Positions 29,926 to 40,789 of a stretch of DNA of 64,000 nt are shown in pieces. Each line of letters starts with the position of its first letter. Position 1 is the stretch's first letter. The notes beneath the pieces were generated by a model. That model made no database searches and was not told the DNA's origin. It saw only the letters and a list, made by a program, of their open reading frames with translations. A program made the position numbers and the translations under genes. This DNA is from an uncultured Clostridia bacterium (GTDB taxonomy: Bacteria; Bacillota; Clostridia; TANB77; CAG-508), in the NCBI GenBank assembly GCA_947628215.1, contig CANQYZ010000002.1, positions 12,231 through 76,230 on the forward strand, read 5' to 3'.

Positions 29926-31710
29926 TTATTCCCCTACATCATACATTTCCTTCATCTTAACATATCCAAGCTCTTCCCACTCATTATATGCTAAATTTAA
30001 TCTAAATAATAATTTTGGTTTAGCACCTGCTCTGTTTTTATCAATTACACCTACATAATATCTTTCATCTGGATCTTCATAATCCTTAAGATCTGTGCAT
30101 TCTATAAATCTATCAGAATCTGAATACTCATATTCTTTATAATTTCTTCTTTGAATTTGTTTAAATAATGTTAAAGTATCAAATACTTCTTTTACATTTT
30201 TACTTACAGATAAATCGTTTATTGTTAAATTAATTGGCACTGTACTATTTTCTGATAGCTGAATTGATGCACCTATAAATATATTAAATTTTTGTGCAAG
30301 CTCTGATAAAAGAGTTGATGTCTTTTTTAATTCTTCATAATTTCCTATATTATTTACATCTGTTTTTAAAGTATCATAAAATACATACTCTATTCCATCT
30401 TTATACATATAATTTGATATAACTTCATGAAGGTCATTATTTGTATATTCTGTTAAATGTACAAAATATAATGAATTATTTATCTGCTCATTTAACCAAT
30501 CAATGACTTTCATTATCTGACTAAATTCAGTTGATATGTCAGGTAATCTTTTTAAGAAATCACTATGTGATTCTCCTTCTTTCTTTTTTATATAACCATT
30601 TTCATCAACATCTACTTTTGAAGGATCATCTGGTCTAAATTTAAATTCTAGAAGTTCTCCTTCACTTACTCTTATTTTTTGTTTATGTAATTTTTGTATT
30701 TCTTTATTATTTAATATTGTTGTAAGTAAGCAAAGTCTCATCTTATCTTCTGTCATTTCATTTGAAATAACTAACGCTTTTTTATGGTGAAGAAAAGCAA
30801 TATGTGCTGCTAAGTTTACTGTAAATCTACTTTTACCAGCATTTGAAGGCATTGCATATGCCATCATTTCACCTTTTCTAAATCCCTTAAATACTTTGTT
30901 CATTATTTTAAATGGAATTTCAACACCATCTCTTAAATCATTTGTATCATCAAGCCAAAACTTACCTATATCTTTATTAAGTACAGCTTGACTTAATCTG
31001 TTAGTAACATTAATTTGTTTTATAGCAGCTTCAACTTCTTCTGCTGTCATATCTTTATATCTTTCATAGTTTTTAATTTCAAATATCTTTTCTTGTATTG
31101 ATTTAGTTGGAGCTTTTATATAATTTTTCTTTAATATAAATAATTTTTTAAGTTCTCTATAAATTATCTCAAAATCATATTTTTTATCAAGTGGAGCTCT
31201 ATTCATTGCAACTTTTAAATCATATAATTCAGCAATTGTTCTTGAAAAGTTAAATTGCTCTTTTAAGATTGGTGGTGCACTTTTTTCTCCTTCTTTAAAA
31301 ATAACACTCTTATATAGGTTAGTTAAAATTATACTTGAGAAATAACATATATCTTTTTCAAAATAATATTTTGATATAGCATTAGGATTTCCATATAAAA
31401 GTGAAACATATAAAGTTTCTAAAGTAAAATCATCTAGCTCTTTTGGATAATCTGCTTCTTGTACATCTTCACTATTTGTCATCATTGCATTTTTAGCAAT
31501 TTCTGCTCTTTCTCTATCTTCCAAAACTTTAATCTGACCTTGAAGCTGATATATAAATTCATCTTTATCAAATTCTTTTTTCTTTTTTGCCTGCTCTTCT
31601 TTTTTTAATCTTTCAGCTTCTTTTTCAGCCATACCTTTATTTAGTATCTTCTCTAAATTTTGCTCTAGTTCCTTATATTTATTTTTTTCTTCTTCGTCTT
31701 TATATTTCAC
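29926..31710 (-). CDS. atypical DnaB-family (RecA-fold) helicase-like ATPase with coiled-coil N-terminal extension
   Basis: 594 aa. GTG start with an AGGGAGG RBS. Walker A AMPSNAGKSRF. The N-terminal region resembles a DnaB N-domain. Longer and more divergent than a replicative DnaC/DnaB. Confidence 0.5.
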   Translation of the reverse strand: MKYKDEEEKNKYKELEQNLEKILNKGMAEKEAERLKKEEQAKKKKEFDKDEFIYQLQGQIKVLEDRERAEIAKNAMMTNSEDVQEADYPKELDDFTLETLYVSLLYGNPNAISKYYFEKDICYFSSIILTNLYKSVIFKEGEKSAPPILKEQFNFSRTIAELYDLKVAMNRAPLDKKYDFEIIYRELKKLFILKKNYIKAPTKSIQEKIFEIKNYERYKDMTAEEVEAAIKQINVTNRLSQAVLNKDIGKFWLDDTNDLRDGVEIPFKIMNKVFKGFRKGEMMAYAMPSNAGKSRFTVNLAAHIAFLHHKKALVISNEMTEDKMRLCLLTTILNNKEIQKLHKQKIRVSEGELLEFKFRPDDPSKVDVDENGYIKKKEGESHSDFLKRLPDISTEFSQIMKVIDWLNEQINNSLYFVHLTEYTNNDLHEVISNYMYKDGIEYVFYDTLKTDVNNIGNYEELKKTSTLLSELAQKFNIFIGASIQLSENSTVPINLTINDLSVSKNVKEVFDTLTLFKQIQRRNYKEYEYSDSDRFIECTDLKDYEDPDERYYVGVIDKNRAGAKPKLLFRLNLAYNEWEELGYVKMKEMYDVGE

Positions 31711-31729
31711 TTTTAATCCTCCCTAAAAA

Positions 31730-33038
31730 TTATCTAGTTAATATTCCAAGTACCGAACTTCCTTTACTAAACATTTTTCCGCCAATTGTATAACTTTCAA
31801 GTACATTGTTTACTGCACCATTTATTTTTTCTTCGTAATCTGTACAAATATATGCGATAGTTTCTCCTTCTTTTACGAAATCGTCCATTTTCTTTATTAG
31901 TACTATTCCAGAAGTTGGGTCTATCACATCTGTTGCAAGTGTTCTTCCTGCACCTAAATAAATTGCAACATTTCCTATTCTTTCAGCATCTAAATATTGT
32001 ACATATCCTGTTTTGTTTGCTTTTACTTCTACTTTATATTTAGATTCTCCAAGAAGTTTGTAGTTATCTATAACATCTACATTTCCGTCCCTGAATTTCT
32101 ATTAGCTTTTTAAATTTTTCAAGTGCTTTTCCTGATTTTATAGCAAATCTTGCCATTTTCTCTGCTTCTTTTACATTCTTTGCTTTTCCTGCCATAATTA
32201 TCATCTGAGAAGCAATTGCATAAACTAAATCTTCTACATCTTTTTCCATATATCCTTTTAAAGCTTCTATAACTTCTATAATTTCAATTGAATTTCCAAT
32301 ACATTTTCCAAGAGGTTCATATACTTTAGAAATTACACATCTGACTTCAACTCCAGCAAGTTTTCCAGAATCTATAAGAACTCTTGCAATTACTTTTGCA
32401 TCTTTATAGTTTTTAATAGGAGATCCATTACCACATTGAATATTAATTAAAAGTTTATTCGTACTAACCGCAATTCTTCTACTCATAATACTTGCTGCAA
32501 TTAATTGCAAATTATCTATACACTCTATTTTTCTTCTTAAATCATATAATAACTTTTCAGCTGGTGCTATATCTATAAAATTAGATGTAATTGCAATTTT
32601 CTCTTTTTTCAAATTTTCTTTATATTGATCAATAGAAATATCTACTTTTATTTTTGGAATAGATGATAGCTTGTCTGCTGTACTTCCAGAAATACCTATT
32701 CCTCTATGAGAAAGTTTTCCAGCAGTAATATCTAAAGCACTTAATATTGGAAGTAAAATAAGTGATATTTTATCTCCTACTCCTCCTATTGAATATTTTT
32801 CAACTAAGCAATCTGATATATCTGATGTATCTATTCTTTCTCCAGAATTTGCCATAGCAATCATTAAATCTTTTAGCTCTTCTTTATCTAAGCCATTTAT
32901 ACACATTGCCATAACAAGTCCTGTTGCTTGATAATCTTCTATATTGCCTCTACTATATTCTTTAACAAAATATTCTATTTCTTCTTTTGAAAGCTTTCCT
33001 TTTTTTCTTTTTTTCGTTAATAAGCTAATAATATTCAT
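31730..33038 (-). CDS. pdp: pyrimidine-nucleoside (thymidine) phosphorylase; frame broken by extra base at 32087
   Basis: ORFs 32064..33038 + 31730..31927. HSIGGVGDK-like motif (YSIGGVGDKISL). Junction LIEIQG|GNVDVIDNYKLLGESKYKVEVKANKTGYVQYLDAERIG. Length 1309 = 3n+1. Confidence 0.85.
32085..32087 (-). other. C-GGA interruption site in pdp (gga-C-gga)
   Basis: Restores EIQG|GNVDVID. Confidence 0.8.
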
Positions 33039-33054
33039 TTTAGATAAACTCCTC

Positions 33055-33690
33055 TTACTTATTATCTATAAAATTTTTAATAAAAGTCTTTCTATGAAGC
33101 ATGCATGGACCTATTTCTTTTATTTTTGCAATATGCTTTGCAGTACCATATCCTTTATGCTCACTAAATCCATACTCCGGATATACTTCATCCCAATCTC
33201 TCATAATTCTATCCCTTGTAACCTTTGCTATAATAGAAGCAGCTGCAATTGAATATTCTTTTGCATCTCCTTTTATTATTGATTTATAAGGAATTCCTAA
33301 AGTATCAATATTAGTCAAAGCATCAACTAATATTAAATCTGGTCTAGTTTTAAGGTTTTTAACTGCCATATTTACTGCTTTTTTTGTAGCATTTAAAATA
33401 TTTATCTCATCTATTTCATCTTGATTTACGATTCCTATTCCATAAGAAATACATTCTTCTATAATTTTATCATATAGCACTTCTCTCTTTTTTTCTGATA
33501 CTTTTTTAGAATCATTTACACCTTCTATCATAGAATCTCTTGGCATAATAATTGCACATACAACAACAGGACCAGCAAGTGGTCCTCTTCCTGCCTCATC
33601 TATTCCTGCTATATATTTAACTCTATCACTATAAAAAGTATCTTCTTCTGATTTTAAATTTTTTAATCTTATCTCTTCTTTTTCTTTCAT
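33055..33690 (-). CDS. rnhB: ribonuclease HII
   Basis: 211 aa. GIDEAGRGPLAGPVV, DSKK, ASIIAKVTRD. Confidence 0.9.
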   Translation of the reverse strand: MKEKEEIRLKNLKSEEDTFYSDRVKYIAGIDEAGRGPLAGPVVVCAIIMPRDSMIEGVNDSKKVSEKKREVLYDKIIEECISYGIGIVNQDEIDEINILNATKKAVNMAVKNLKTRPDLILVDALTNIDTLGIPYKSIIKGDAKEYSIAAASIIAKVTRDRIMRDWDEVYPEYGFSEHKGYGTAKHIAKIKEIGPCMLHRKTFIKNFIDNK

Positions 33691-33691
33691 T

Positions 33692-34177
33692 TTATGATTC
33701 CAAATCCTTTAGCTTACTTAAAGTATAATATGTCTTTCCACTAGTACTTTTATATCCTGCAGAATAGTAAATATCTATAGGATCAATTTCTTCCTTATTT
33801 ACACCTTCTTTGTTTTCTTCTTGTGTTAAGTCATACTTTACACAATAATAAAATTTATCAGTAGGTTTAAAATCTATTCCTATTTTATTCATATCATCTC
33901 TGCTTAGTTTGTACCATTTTTCTATTTCTGTATCTGGACTTCCATCACTATCTATATTTACTTCTGTTCCCAAAAGCTCAGTTCCGTTATATAAATGCTC
34001 ATTGTAAACCTCTTCAACTTTTGCTTGTATCATTTGCATTTGAGCTACTCTATCTTCTAGCTCTGATTTCTTTAGCAAATTTCTTCCGGCTGAAAGTCCT
34101 ATCCCTGCTAGAATAACTAGTACTATGACTGTAATTATAAGCATTACCATCGTGATACCTTTTTCGGATTTTATCAT
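33692..34177 (-). CDS. hypothetical protein with pilin-like hydrophobic N-terminus
   Basis: 161 aa. MIKSEKGITMVMLIITVIVLVILAG resembles, but does not match, a prepilin leader (no Glu5). Confidence 0.4.
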   Translation of the reverse strand: MIKSEKGITMVMLIITVIVLVILAGIGLSAGRNLLKKSELEDRVAQMQMIQAKVEEVYNEHLYNGTELLGTEVNIDSDGSPDTEIEKWYKLSRDDMNKIGIDFKPTDKFYYCVKYDLTQEENKEGVNKEEIDPIDIYYSAGYKSTSGKTYYTLSKLKDLES

Positions 34178-34444
34178 ATAAGCTCCTCCATAGTTTATTT
34201 TTCATTTAAGTTTTTTTTAATATTATATTTGTATTATATATATACAGAAGTAAATTTTCAACAAAAATAACTGATTAAATTTATTATTTTATTTTTGGAT
34301 TTTTTTGGAATAATAAATAAAAAAATATTAAAATTTAAATTTAATCATTTTTATTTTTTAATTTTTAATTTTTTAAATATTGTATTTAATGTTTTTTATA
34401 TATATTATATATGTATATGAATTTTTTAATAGGAGGGAATAAGA

Positions 34445-35770
34445 ATGGAAAACAGTCCACAAAGTAGCGAAAAAAAAGATGAGATATTTACATCTGCAAA
34501 ATCTTCTGACGATAGCTTCAAAAAAGTTAATGTTGCTAGTTCAAATTATAAAAATGTAAATACTTATTATTCTGGAAGATCAAAAGGTGGTTTTGTTAAA
34601 AGTTTTTTATTACCATTTATAAGTGGAGTATTAGGAGCAACTCTAGTTTTAGGAGCTTGCATCTATGTTCCATCAATTAATGATAGATTATTTAAAACAA
34701 ATCAAAAAAATGAACAATCATCAAGACCTATTATTCAATCTTCAGGAGAATCAGTTAGTAGTACCGTTGATTTAGCTCAATATTCAAATACTGCCATTTC
34801 AGTTGCAAACAAGGTACTTCCTTCTGTTGTAAGTATTGAAATAGAATATACAGTATCATCTAGTGGTTCATTTTATGGATATGGTGGTGGTACTTCTACT
34901 ACAACAGCAACAGGTTCAGGTGTAATTATAACAAATGATGGTTATATATTAACTAATAACCATGTAGTAAATGATAAGAGTACTTCAAGTGATATCTTTG
35001 GAAATTATTATCAAGTATCTTCAGCAAATAAGATTTCTGTTCACTTATACAATGATGAAAAAGTTTATGATGCAACTATAGTAGGTACAGATGATGTAAC
35101 AGATTTAGCTGTAATTAAAATTGATGCTAAAGACTTAAAAGCTGCAGAGCTTGGTGATTCTTCTAAAGTCGCAGTTGGTGAGTTTGCAATGGCAGTTGGA
35201 AATCCTTTAGAAATGGATAATACTGTAACAGCTGGTATTATAAGTGCTCTTGGAAGAGAAATTACAGATGAAGATAATAAAACATATAATTTAATTCAAA
35301 CAGATGCAGCAATAAATGCTGGTAATAGTGGTGGCGCATTAGTAAATGCAGACGGTAAAGTAATTGGAATAAATACATTAAAGCTTTCTGGTACAGCAAT
35401 TGAAGGAATTGGTTTTGCAATACCAATAAATGATACTTTAGATATAATTGATCAATTAATAACATACAATAAAGTAAAAAGACCTTATATAGGAATTTCA
35501 GGAAGCGATATTTCAGAAGAATATTCAAAATATTATAAAGTTCCACAAGGTGTATATGTAAACTCAGTTTATGAAAAATCTCCTGCTGAAAAAGCTGGAA
35601 TAAAAGCTGGAGATATAATCACAAAATTGGATGATACAGAAGTTAAAAATATGACAGAACTTACTAAAGCTAAAAATGAACATAAGATTGGTGATACAGT
35701 TTCAATAACAGTAAATAGAAATGGTAAAACACAATCTCTAACTTTAACTTTAGGAGAAGATCCAGAATAA
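34445..35770 (+). CDS. htrA: HtrA/DegP-family serine protease with PDZ domain
   Basis: 441 aa. TNNHVV, DLAVIKI, GNSGGALVN catalytic triad context. C-terminal PDZ (PAEKAGIKAGDIITKLD). Confidence 0.85.
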   Translation: MENSPQSSEKKDEIFTSAKSSDDSFKKVNVASSNYKNVNTYYSGRSKGGFVKSFLLPFISGVLGATLVLGACIYVPSINDRLFKTNQKNEQSSRPIIQSSGESVSSTVDLAQYSNTAISVANKVLPSVVSIEIEYTVSSSGSFYGYGGGTSTTTATGSGVIITNDGYILTNNHVVNDKSTSSDIFGNYYQVSSANKISVHLYNDEKVYDATIVGTDDVTDLAVIKIDAKDLKAAELGDSSKVAVGEFAMAVGNPLEMDNTVTAGIISALGREITDEDNKTYNLIQTDAAINAGNSGGALVNADGKVIGINTLKLSGTAIEGIGFAIPINDTLDIIDQLITYNKVKRPYIGISGSDISEEYSKYYKVPQGVYVNSVYEKSPAEKAGIKAGDIITKLDDTEVKNMTELTKAKNEHKIGDTVSITVNRNGKTQSLTLTLGEDPE

Positions 35771-35906
35771 AATAAATAATAAATAGTAAATATCAAATAA
35801 TAAATAACAAAATAACAAATATAAAAAATTAATACTTTAAAGATAAAAAATACAGATAGAAAAATCTACTTGAAAAATCTATCTGTATTTTTTATTTAAC
35901 TAATCA

Positions 35907-37295
35907 TTATATTTTTAAACTTCTTTTTCCTTCTACTATATTTTCTGATTTAGTCTTATAAGAATTTTTATCTTTATTTATCATAGAAAATATAAATGCT
36001 GTAATTGGAACAGTATATACAACTCCTATACTTCCTGCTATAGAACACATTGCTTCTGATGCAATTGCCTCTACATTTATCATATCAATAAAGTTTAAAT
36101 CAACAGACATTGATAATAAGATTAAATTCAAAGAACATCCTACAAAAGCTAAGATTAAAGTGTTTGTCATTGTTCCTATCATATCTCCACCAATTTTCAT
36201 TCCACTTTTAAATAGTTCTTTCCATGTAATCTCTGGATTTTTTTCTTTAAGTTCTGATAAGCTAGATGCTATTGACATTCCAACATCCATACAAGCACCA
36301 AGTGCTGAAATTACTATTCCAGAGAAAAGTAAATCTCTAAAATTAAATGCTACATTTGATGCAGTAGTTAGCATAATTGCTTCTTCTTGTCCACCTGTAA
36401 GTTTTGCAATTTTACCAAATATAAATGCAATTACTCCTGCAAAAACGACTCCTCCAAGAGTTCCAAGTGCAGCCGAAAATGTCTTTTTATTAATTCCATC
36501 TATAATGATAAATGTTAAAACTATAATTATAAAAGATGTAATTATTGATAGTAAAATCGCATTATACCCTTTATATACATTTAAAATAAATATTAAATAT
36601 ATTGAAACCACAGTAACAATTAGTCCTAGAATTGACTTTATTCCTTTTTTTCTTCCAACTAAAATTATACTTGCAAAAAAGAAAATTACTAATCCTAGCA
36701 TATAATTATGTCTTACTATATCTTGTACTATAACTTCTTTTACTTCACCATTTTCTTCCGTTATTTGTACAAAGACTTTATTTCCAACATCTAATTCATC
36801 TGCTATTATTTTGTTGTCTACATCCATAGAAAGTACATAAGTTGCCTCTACTTTTTCTTCTTTTCTATCACCTTCTATAATCTTTACAGTAACATCTTGT
36901 ACATAATCTTTTATTCCATTTGTATCTCTTTCATACTTTTTTCCAGCCTCTATAACTTTAGCTTGTACTCTTGAAGTTTTAGAATTATTTTCCTTATCTG
37001 TTTCTTCAGTATCTTGAGATATATTTTCTTCTTGATTTTCATTTTGATTTTCTTCTACAGTATTTTGTGTTTGATTTTGTGTTTGATTTTGCACTTGGTT
37101 TTCTACTACATTATTTTCTACTTTTACTTCTTCTTTTTTTGTTTCTTCTTTTTTGTTATCTACTTGTTTTACTGTACTTGTACTTGTTTTTGCTTTTACA
37201 TCCTTTTTATCATTTTTCTTTGCATAAACTTGAAAACTAAATACTTGCATAAAAATAAGTAATATCACAAATAATTTTAAAGTTTTGCTTTTCAC
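35907..37295 (-). CDS. YibE/F-family polytopic membrane protein with low-complexity secreted N-terminal extension
   Basis: 462 aa. Signal peptide, an E/K/N/Q-rich linker (QNQTQNQTQN), then multiple TM helices typical of YibE/F. Confidence 0.6.
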   Translation of the reverse strand: MKSKTLKLFVILLIFMQVFSFQVYAKKNDKKDVKAKTSTSTVKQVDNKKEETKKEEVKVENNVVENQVQNQTQNQTQNTVEENQNENQEENISQDTEETDKENNSKTSRVQAKVIEAGKKYERDTNGIKDYVQDVTVKIIEGDRKEEKVEATYVLSMDVDNKIIADELDVGNKVFVQITEENGEVKEVIVQDIVRHNYMLGLVIFFFASIILVGRKKGIKSILGLIVTVVSIYLIFILNVYKGYNAILLSIITSFIIIVLTFIIIDGINKKTFSAALGTLGGVVFAGVIAFIFGKIAKLTGGQEEAIMLTTASNVAFNFRDLLFSGIVISALGACMDVGMSIASSLSELKEKNPEITWKELFKSGMKIGGDMIGTMTNTLILAFVGCSLNLILLSMSVDLNFIDMINVEAIASEAMCSIAGSIGVVYTVPITAFIFSMINKDKNSYKTKSENIVEGKRSLKI

Positions 37296-37310
37296 TAAAT
37301 TTCCCCCTTA

Positions 37311-38156
37311 TTAGTAAACTAAAACATCTTTTTTAGTACCATAATTATATATTAAATAAATTACTCCTTCATTTGATACTAAAAATGTATTAGTATTTGC
37401 TATTTTATACATATCATCATCTAAGTTTCTTACTGTCTTTGAGTATTCTATTTCTGATTCATTTTCATTTAATTTTTTAAGTTCATTTATTATATCTTTT
37501 TGAACATTATCAGGCTTTAATCCTTTTGCTTCCATAATCTTTTCTAAACATATACTTGCATTTTGGTTTAAGTTATAATTATAAGTTTTTATATTTGTAG
37601 TCTGCATACCTTCTTGCTCATAATAGATTGATTTTACAGCTAAAGATAAAAGATCTCCATTTAAATAAGAGATATAAGTTACAGTATATACTTTATATAC
37701 ATCATTTTGACTTTTAATTCTCGTTATCTCATCTGTAAAATTCTTTGCTATATCATCATTCATTTGTTTTGCAGCATCTGAGTTTATATTTATTGTTGGT
37801 ATATTTGCATTTATATTATATTTTTCCTCTACTTCTTCCGTTGTTTGAGTATTATAAATAATATCTTGATTTTCATCTATTTTAGTTACACTTCTGTCTT
37901 CATTTTTTATAAATTCATTTGTAAAAATATTATCAAAATTGCTACGAAGTACAATATTTTCTTCTTCTTTTTTCTCAACTGTAACAAGTCCAAACATTAA
38001 TGGATCACTTTCAGAATATTTATAAAAAAATTGTGCATAAATTCCTACGCAAAGTGAAAGAACACACAAAAGAATTACTATAATTAAAAATATATTTCTA
38101 TTTATCCCTAATATTCTATCAGTTTCGTTCTTAGGGCTATTGATATTTTGACTCAT
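37311..38156 (-). CDS. hypothetical membrane-anchored protein
   Basis: 281 aa. One N-terminal TM (IFLIIVILLCVLSLCVGIYA). No domain recognised. Confidence 0.45.
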   Translation of the reverse strand: MSQNINSPKNETDRILGINRNIFLIIVILLCVLSLCVGIYAQFFYKYSESDPLMFGLVTVEKKEEENIVLRSNFDNIFTNEFIKNEDRSVTKIDENQDIIYNTQTTEEVEEKYNINANIPTININSDAAKQMNDDIAKNFTDEITRIKSQNDVYKVYTVTYISYLNGDLLSLAVKSIYYEQEGMQTTNIKTYNYNLNQNASICLEKIMEAKGLKPDNVQKDIINELKKLNENESEIEYSKTVRNLDDDMYKIANTNTFLVSNEGVIYLIYNYGTKKDVLVY

Positions 38157-38279
38157 AACTGCTCCTTTTTCATTTGTATTTTAAATTAAGTGTATTATAA
38201 CATTCCTTTATTATAATTTCAAACTAATATGAAATTTAAAAAAATTCCATTATTTTCCTACTCTTCATGAATTTTTTTA

Positions 38280-38308
38280 TTGACTATTTATACAATTTGA
38301 TGTATTAT
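38280..38308 (+). promoter_or_regulatory. candidate sigma-A promoter of the clpE-like gene
   Basis: TTGACT - 17 nt - TATTAT read directly, about 50 nt upstream of the ATG at 38361. Confidence 0.4.
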
Positions 38309-38360
38309 ATTATCTACGAAAAAAAGTTTTAATAATTGATTTTAGGGGTGAAAAATAAAG

Positions 38361-40724
38361 ATGTTATGTTCAGTTTGTAATAAAAACACTGCAGTTATTT
38401 TCATTAACAAAATAGATGGCAATCAAAGCAAAGTCGAAGGTCTTTGTTATAATTGTGCAAAAGAAAAAGGAATTAATCCTTTAGATGTTCTTGCAAAACA
38501 AGCAAACTTGTCTGAAGAAGAATTCAATGATATGTCAGAGCAACTTGAAAATATTTTTAATGACATTTCAGAAAACTTTAAAGCAGAAGATTTAGAAGAA
38601 TTAGAAAAGAAAGATGGTTCTATTGGAGCTTTCTTAAATTCAATTTTAGGTATGAATAATAATGTAGATGGCTCTAATGCTCAAAATGCTTCTTCTGATT
38701 CAGAATCTTCTGGAACTAGAAAAAAGGTAAAAACAGAAAAAAGGCCTAAAGAAAAGAAGAAAAAATTCTTAGATACTTTTGGAACAAATCTTACTGAAAA
38801 AGCAGCACAAGGAAAAATAGATAGAGTAATTGGTAGAAATAAAGAAATAGAAAGAATTACACAAATATTAAATAGACGTTCAAAAAATAATCCTTGTTTA
38901 ATTGGAGAGCCTGGAGTTGGTAAAACAGCTATAGCTCAAGGATTAGCAATTAGGATAATAGAAGGAAAAGTTCCTGCTAAGCTTTTAAATAAAGAAGTAT
39001 ATCTTTTAGATATGACAAGTATGATAGCTGGCACTCAATTTAGAGGACAATTTGAAGGTAGAATGAAATCTTTAATAGATGAATGCAAAGCATATGGAAA
39101 TATCATTTTAGTAATAGATGAGATTCATAATATAATTGGAGCTGGTGATGCTGAACATTCTATGAATGCAGCAAATATTTTAAAGCCTTCTCTTTCTAAT
39201 GGTGAAATTCAAATAATCGGTACTACTACTTTAAAAGAGTATAGAAAATATATTGAAAAAGATAGTGCTTTAGAAAGAAGATTTCAACCTGTACTTGTAG
39301 AAGAGCCAACTGTTGAAGATACAATTGATATTTTAAAAGGTATCAAAAAATATTATGAAGATTTTCATAAAGTTTCAATTTCAAATGATGTTATTGAAAA
39401 AACAGTAAAAATGTCTGAAAAATATATTCATGATAGATTTTTACCTGATAAAGCAATTGATCTTATAGACGAAGCTTGCTCTAGAATAAATCTAAATAAT
39501 AAAGAATTATATGAAATTCAAATTATAAAAAATAAACTTGCTCAAATAGCAGAAGAAAAAGAAGAAGCTGTATCTTCTGACTCAATAGAAGATTATCAAA
39601 AAGCAGCAGATCTTAAGACAAAAGAATGTAATTTAAATGATAGATTAGATGAACTTACAAAAAATTTAAAACTTACAAAACTTACTGTTCAAGATATTGC
39701 TGAAGTAATTGAAAGTTGGACAAAAATTCCAGTAACAAAAATTACAGAAGCTGAAACTCAAAAATTACTTGGATTAGAACAAAATTTACATAGAAGAATA
39801 ATTGGTCAAGATGAAGCTGTATCTGCTGTTGCAAAAGCAATTAGAAGAAATCGTGCAGGACTTCAAACAACAAAAAGACCACCATCATTTATCTTTGTAG
39901 GACCTACTGGTGTTGGTAAAACAGAACTTGCAAAAACATTAGCTTATGAAATGTTTGGAAACGAAGATTCAATAATTAGAATAGATATGTCAGAATATAT
40001 GGAGAGTCATTCAACTTCTAAACTTATTGGTTCTCCTCCAGGATATGTAGGATATGATGATGCAGGCCAACTTACTGAAAAAGTAAAAAGAAAACCTTAT
40101 TCAATTATCCTTTTAGATGAAATTGAAAAAGCACATCCTGACGTATTTAATATATTACTTCAAGTATTAGATGATGGAAAACTTACAGATTCTCAAGGAA
40201 ATACTACAAATTTTGAAAATACAATCATTATAATGACATCTAATGCAGGATCAAACTTAAATACAAATTCAATTGGTTTTGCAAAAGATACTGTAAGTAA
40301 AAGTAAAATAAATGATGCTTTAAAAGAATTATTTAGACCAGAGTTTTTAAATAGGGTTGATGAAATAGTAACATTTAATAGCTTAAGTAAAGATGATTTA
40401 ATGAAAATCATAGATTTACTATTAAAAAATACTAGTGATGCTTTAGATAATAAAGATATTAAACTTGAAGTTACAATTCCAGCTAAACAATATGTTTTAG
40501 ATAAAGGAACTGATTTAAAATTTGGTGCAAGACCTCTTAGAAGAGCAATTCAACGTTATATTGAAGATGAGATATCTGAAATGATTTTAAGATCAGAAGT
40601 TAAAGCTGGAGATACTATTGTAGTAGATTTTAAGAAAGACAATTTAACTTTTAAAGTAAAAGAGGAAAAAGCAGTAAAATCTACAAAAAATAGTAAAACT
40701 ACTTTAAAAAAGTCTAAAGAATAA
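38361..40724 (+). CDS. clpE: ClpE-type class-III heat-shock AAA+ ATPase (N-terminal zinc ribbon, two AAA modules)
   Basis: 787 aa. CSVC...CYNC zinc ribbon. Walker A GEPGVGKTAIA and GPTGVGKTELA. ClpP-docking IGF loop (NSIGFAKD). Confidence 0.75.
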   Translation: MLCSVCNKNTAVIFINKIDGNQSKVEGLCYNCAKEKGINPLDVLAKQANLSEEEFNDMSEQLENIFNDISENFKAEDLEELEKKDGSIGAFLNSILGMNNNVDGSNAQNASSDSESSGTRKKVKTEKRPKEKKKKFLDTFGTNLTEKAAQGKIDRVIGRNKEIERITQILNRRSKNNPCLIGEPGVGKTAIAQGLAIRIIEGKVPAKLLNKEVYLLDMTSMIAGTQFRGQFEGRMKSLIDECKAYGNIILVIDEIHNIIGAGDAEHSMNAANILKPSLSNGEIQIIGTTTLKEYRKYIEKDSALERRFQPVLVEEPTVEDTIDILKGIKKYYEDFHKVSISNDVIEKTVKMSEKYIHDRFLPDKAIDLIDEACSRINLNNKELYEIQIIKNKLAQIAEEKEEAVSSDSIEDYQKAADLKTKECNLNDRLDELTKNLKLTKLTVQDIAEVIESWTKIPVTKITEAETQKLLGLEQNLHRRIIGQDEAVSAVAKAIRRNRAGLQTTKRPPSFIFVGPTGVGKTELAKTLAYEMFGNEDSIIRIDMSEYMESHSTSKLIGSPPGYVGYDDAGQLTEKVKRKPYSIILLDEIEKAHPDVFNILLQVLDDGKLTDSQGNTTNFENTIIIMTSNAGSNLNTNSIGFAKDTVSKSKINDALKELFRPEFLNRVDEIVTFNSLSKDDLMKIIDLLLKNTSDALDNKDIKLEVTIPAKQYVLDKGTDLKFGARPLRRAIQRYIEDEISEMILRSEVKAGDTIVVDFKKDNLTFKVKEEKAVKSTKNSKTTLKKSKE

Positions 40725-40789
40725 AGTTTAAAATAAAAATTAATTATTTAAGAGATTTAAAGTAAAAGCAAAAACTTTAAATCTCTTTT

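Noticed and set aside
37020-37110. Tandem repeats (TGTGTTTGATTTT x2) and similar repeats at 44300-44420 and 9600-10000
   Set aside because: They are in-frame low-complexity or duplicated-domain coding sequence: the QNQTQN linker of the YibE/F protein, the K/E linker of the NlpC/P60 protein, and the duplicated SH3 modules. They are not non-coding repeat elements.
38157-38360. CtsR operator upstream of the clpE-like gene
   Set aside because: No GGTCAAA direct repeat is present in the leader. Only a sigma-A-like promoter was found.
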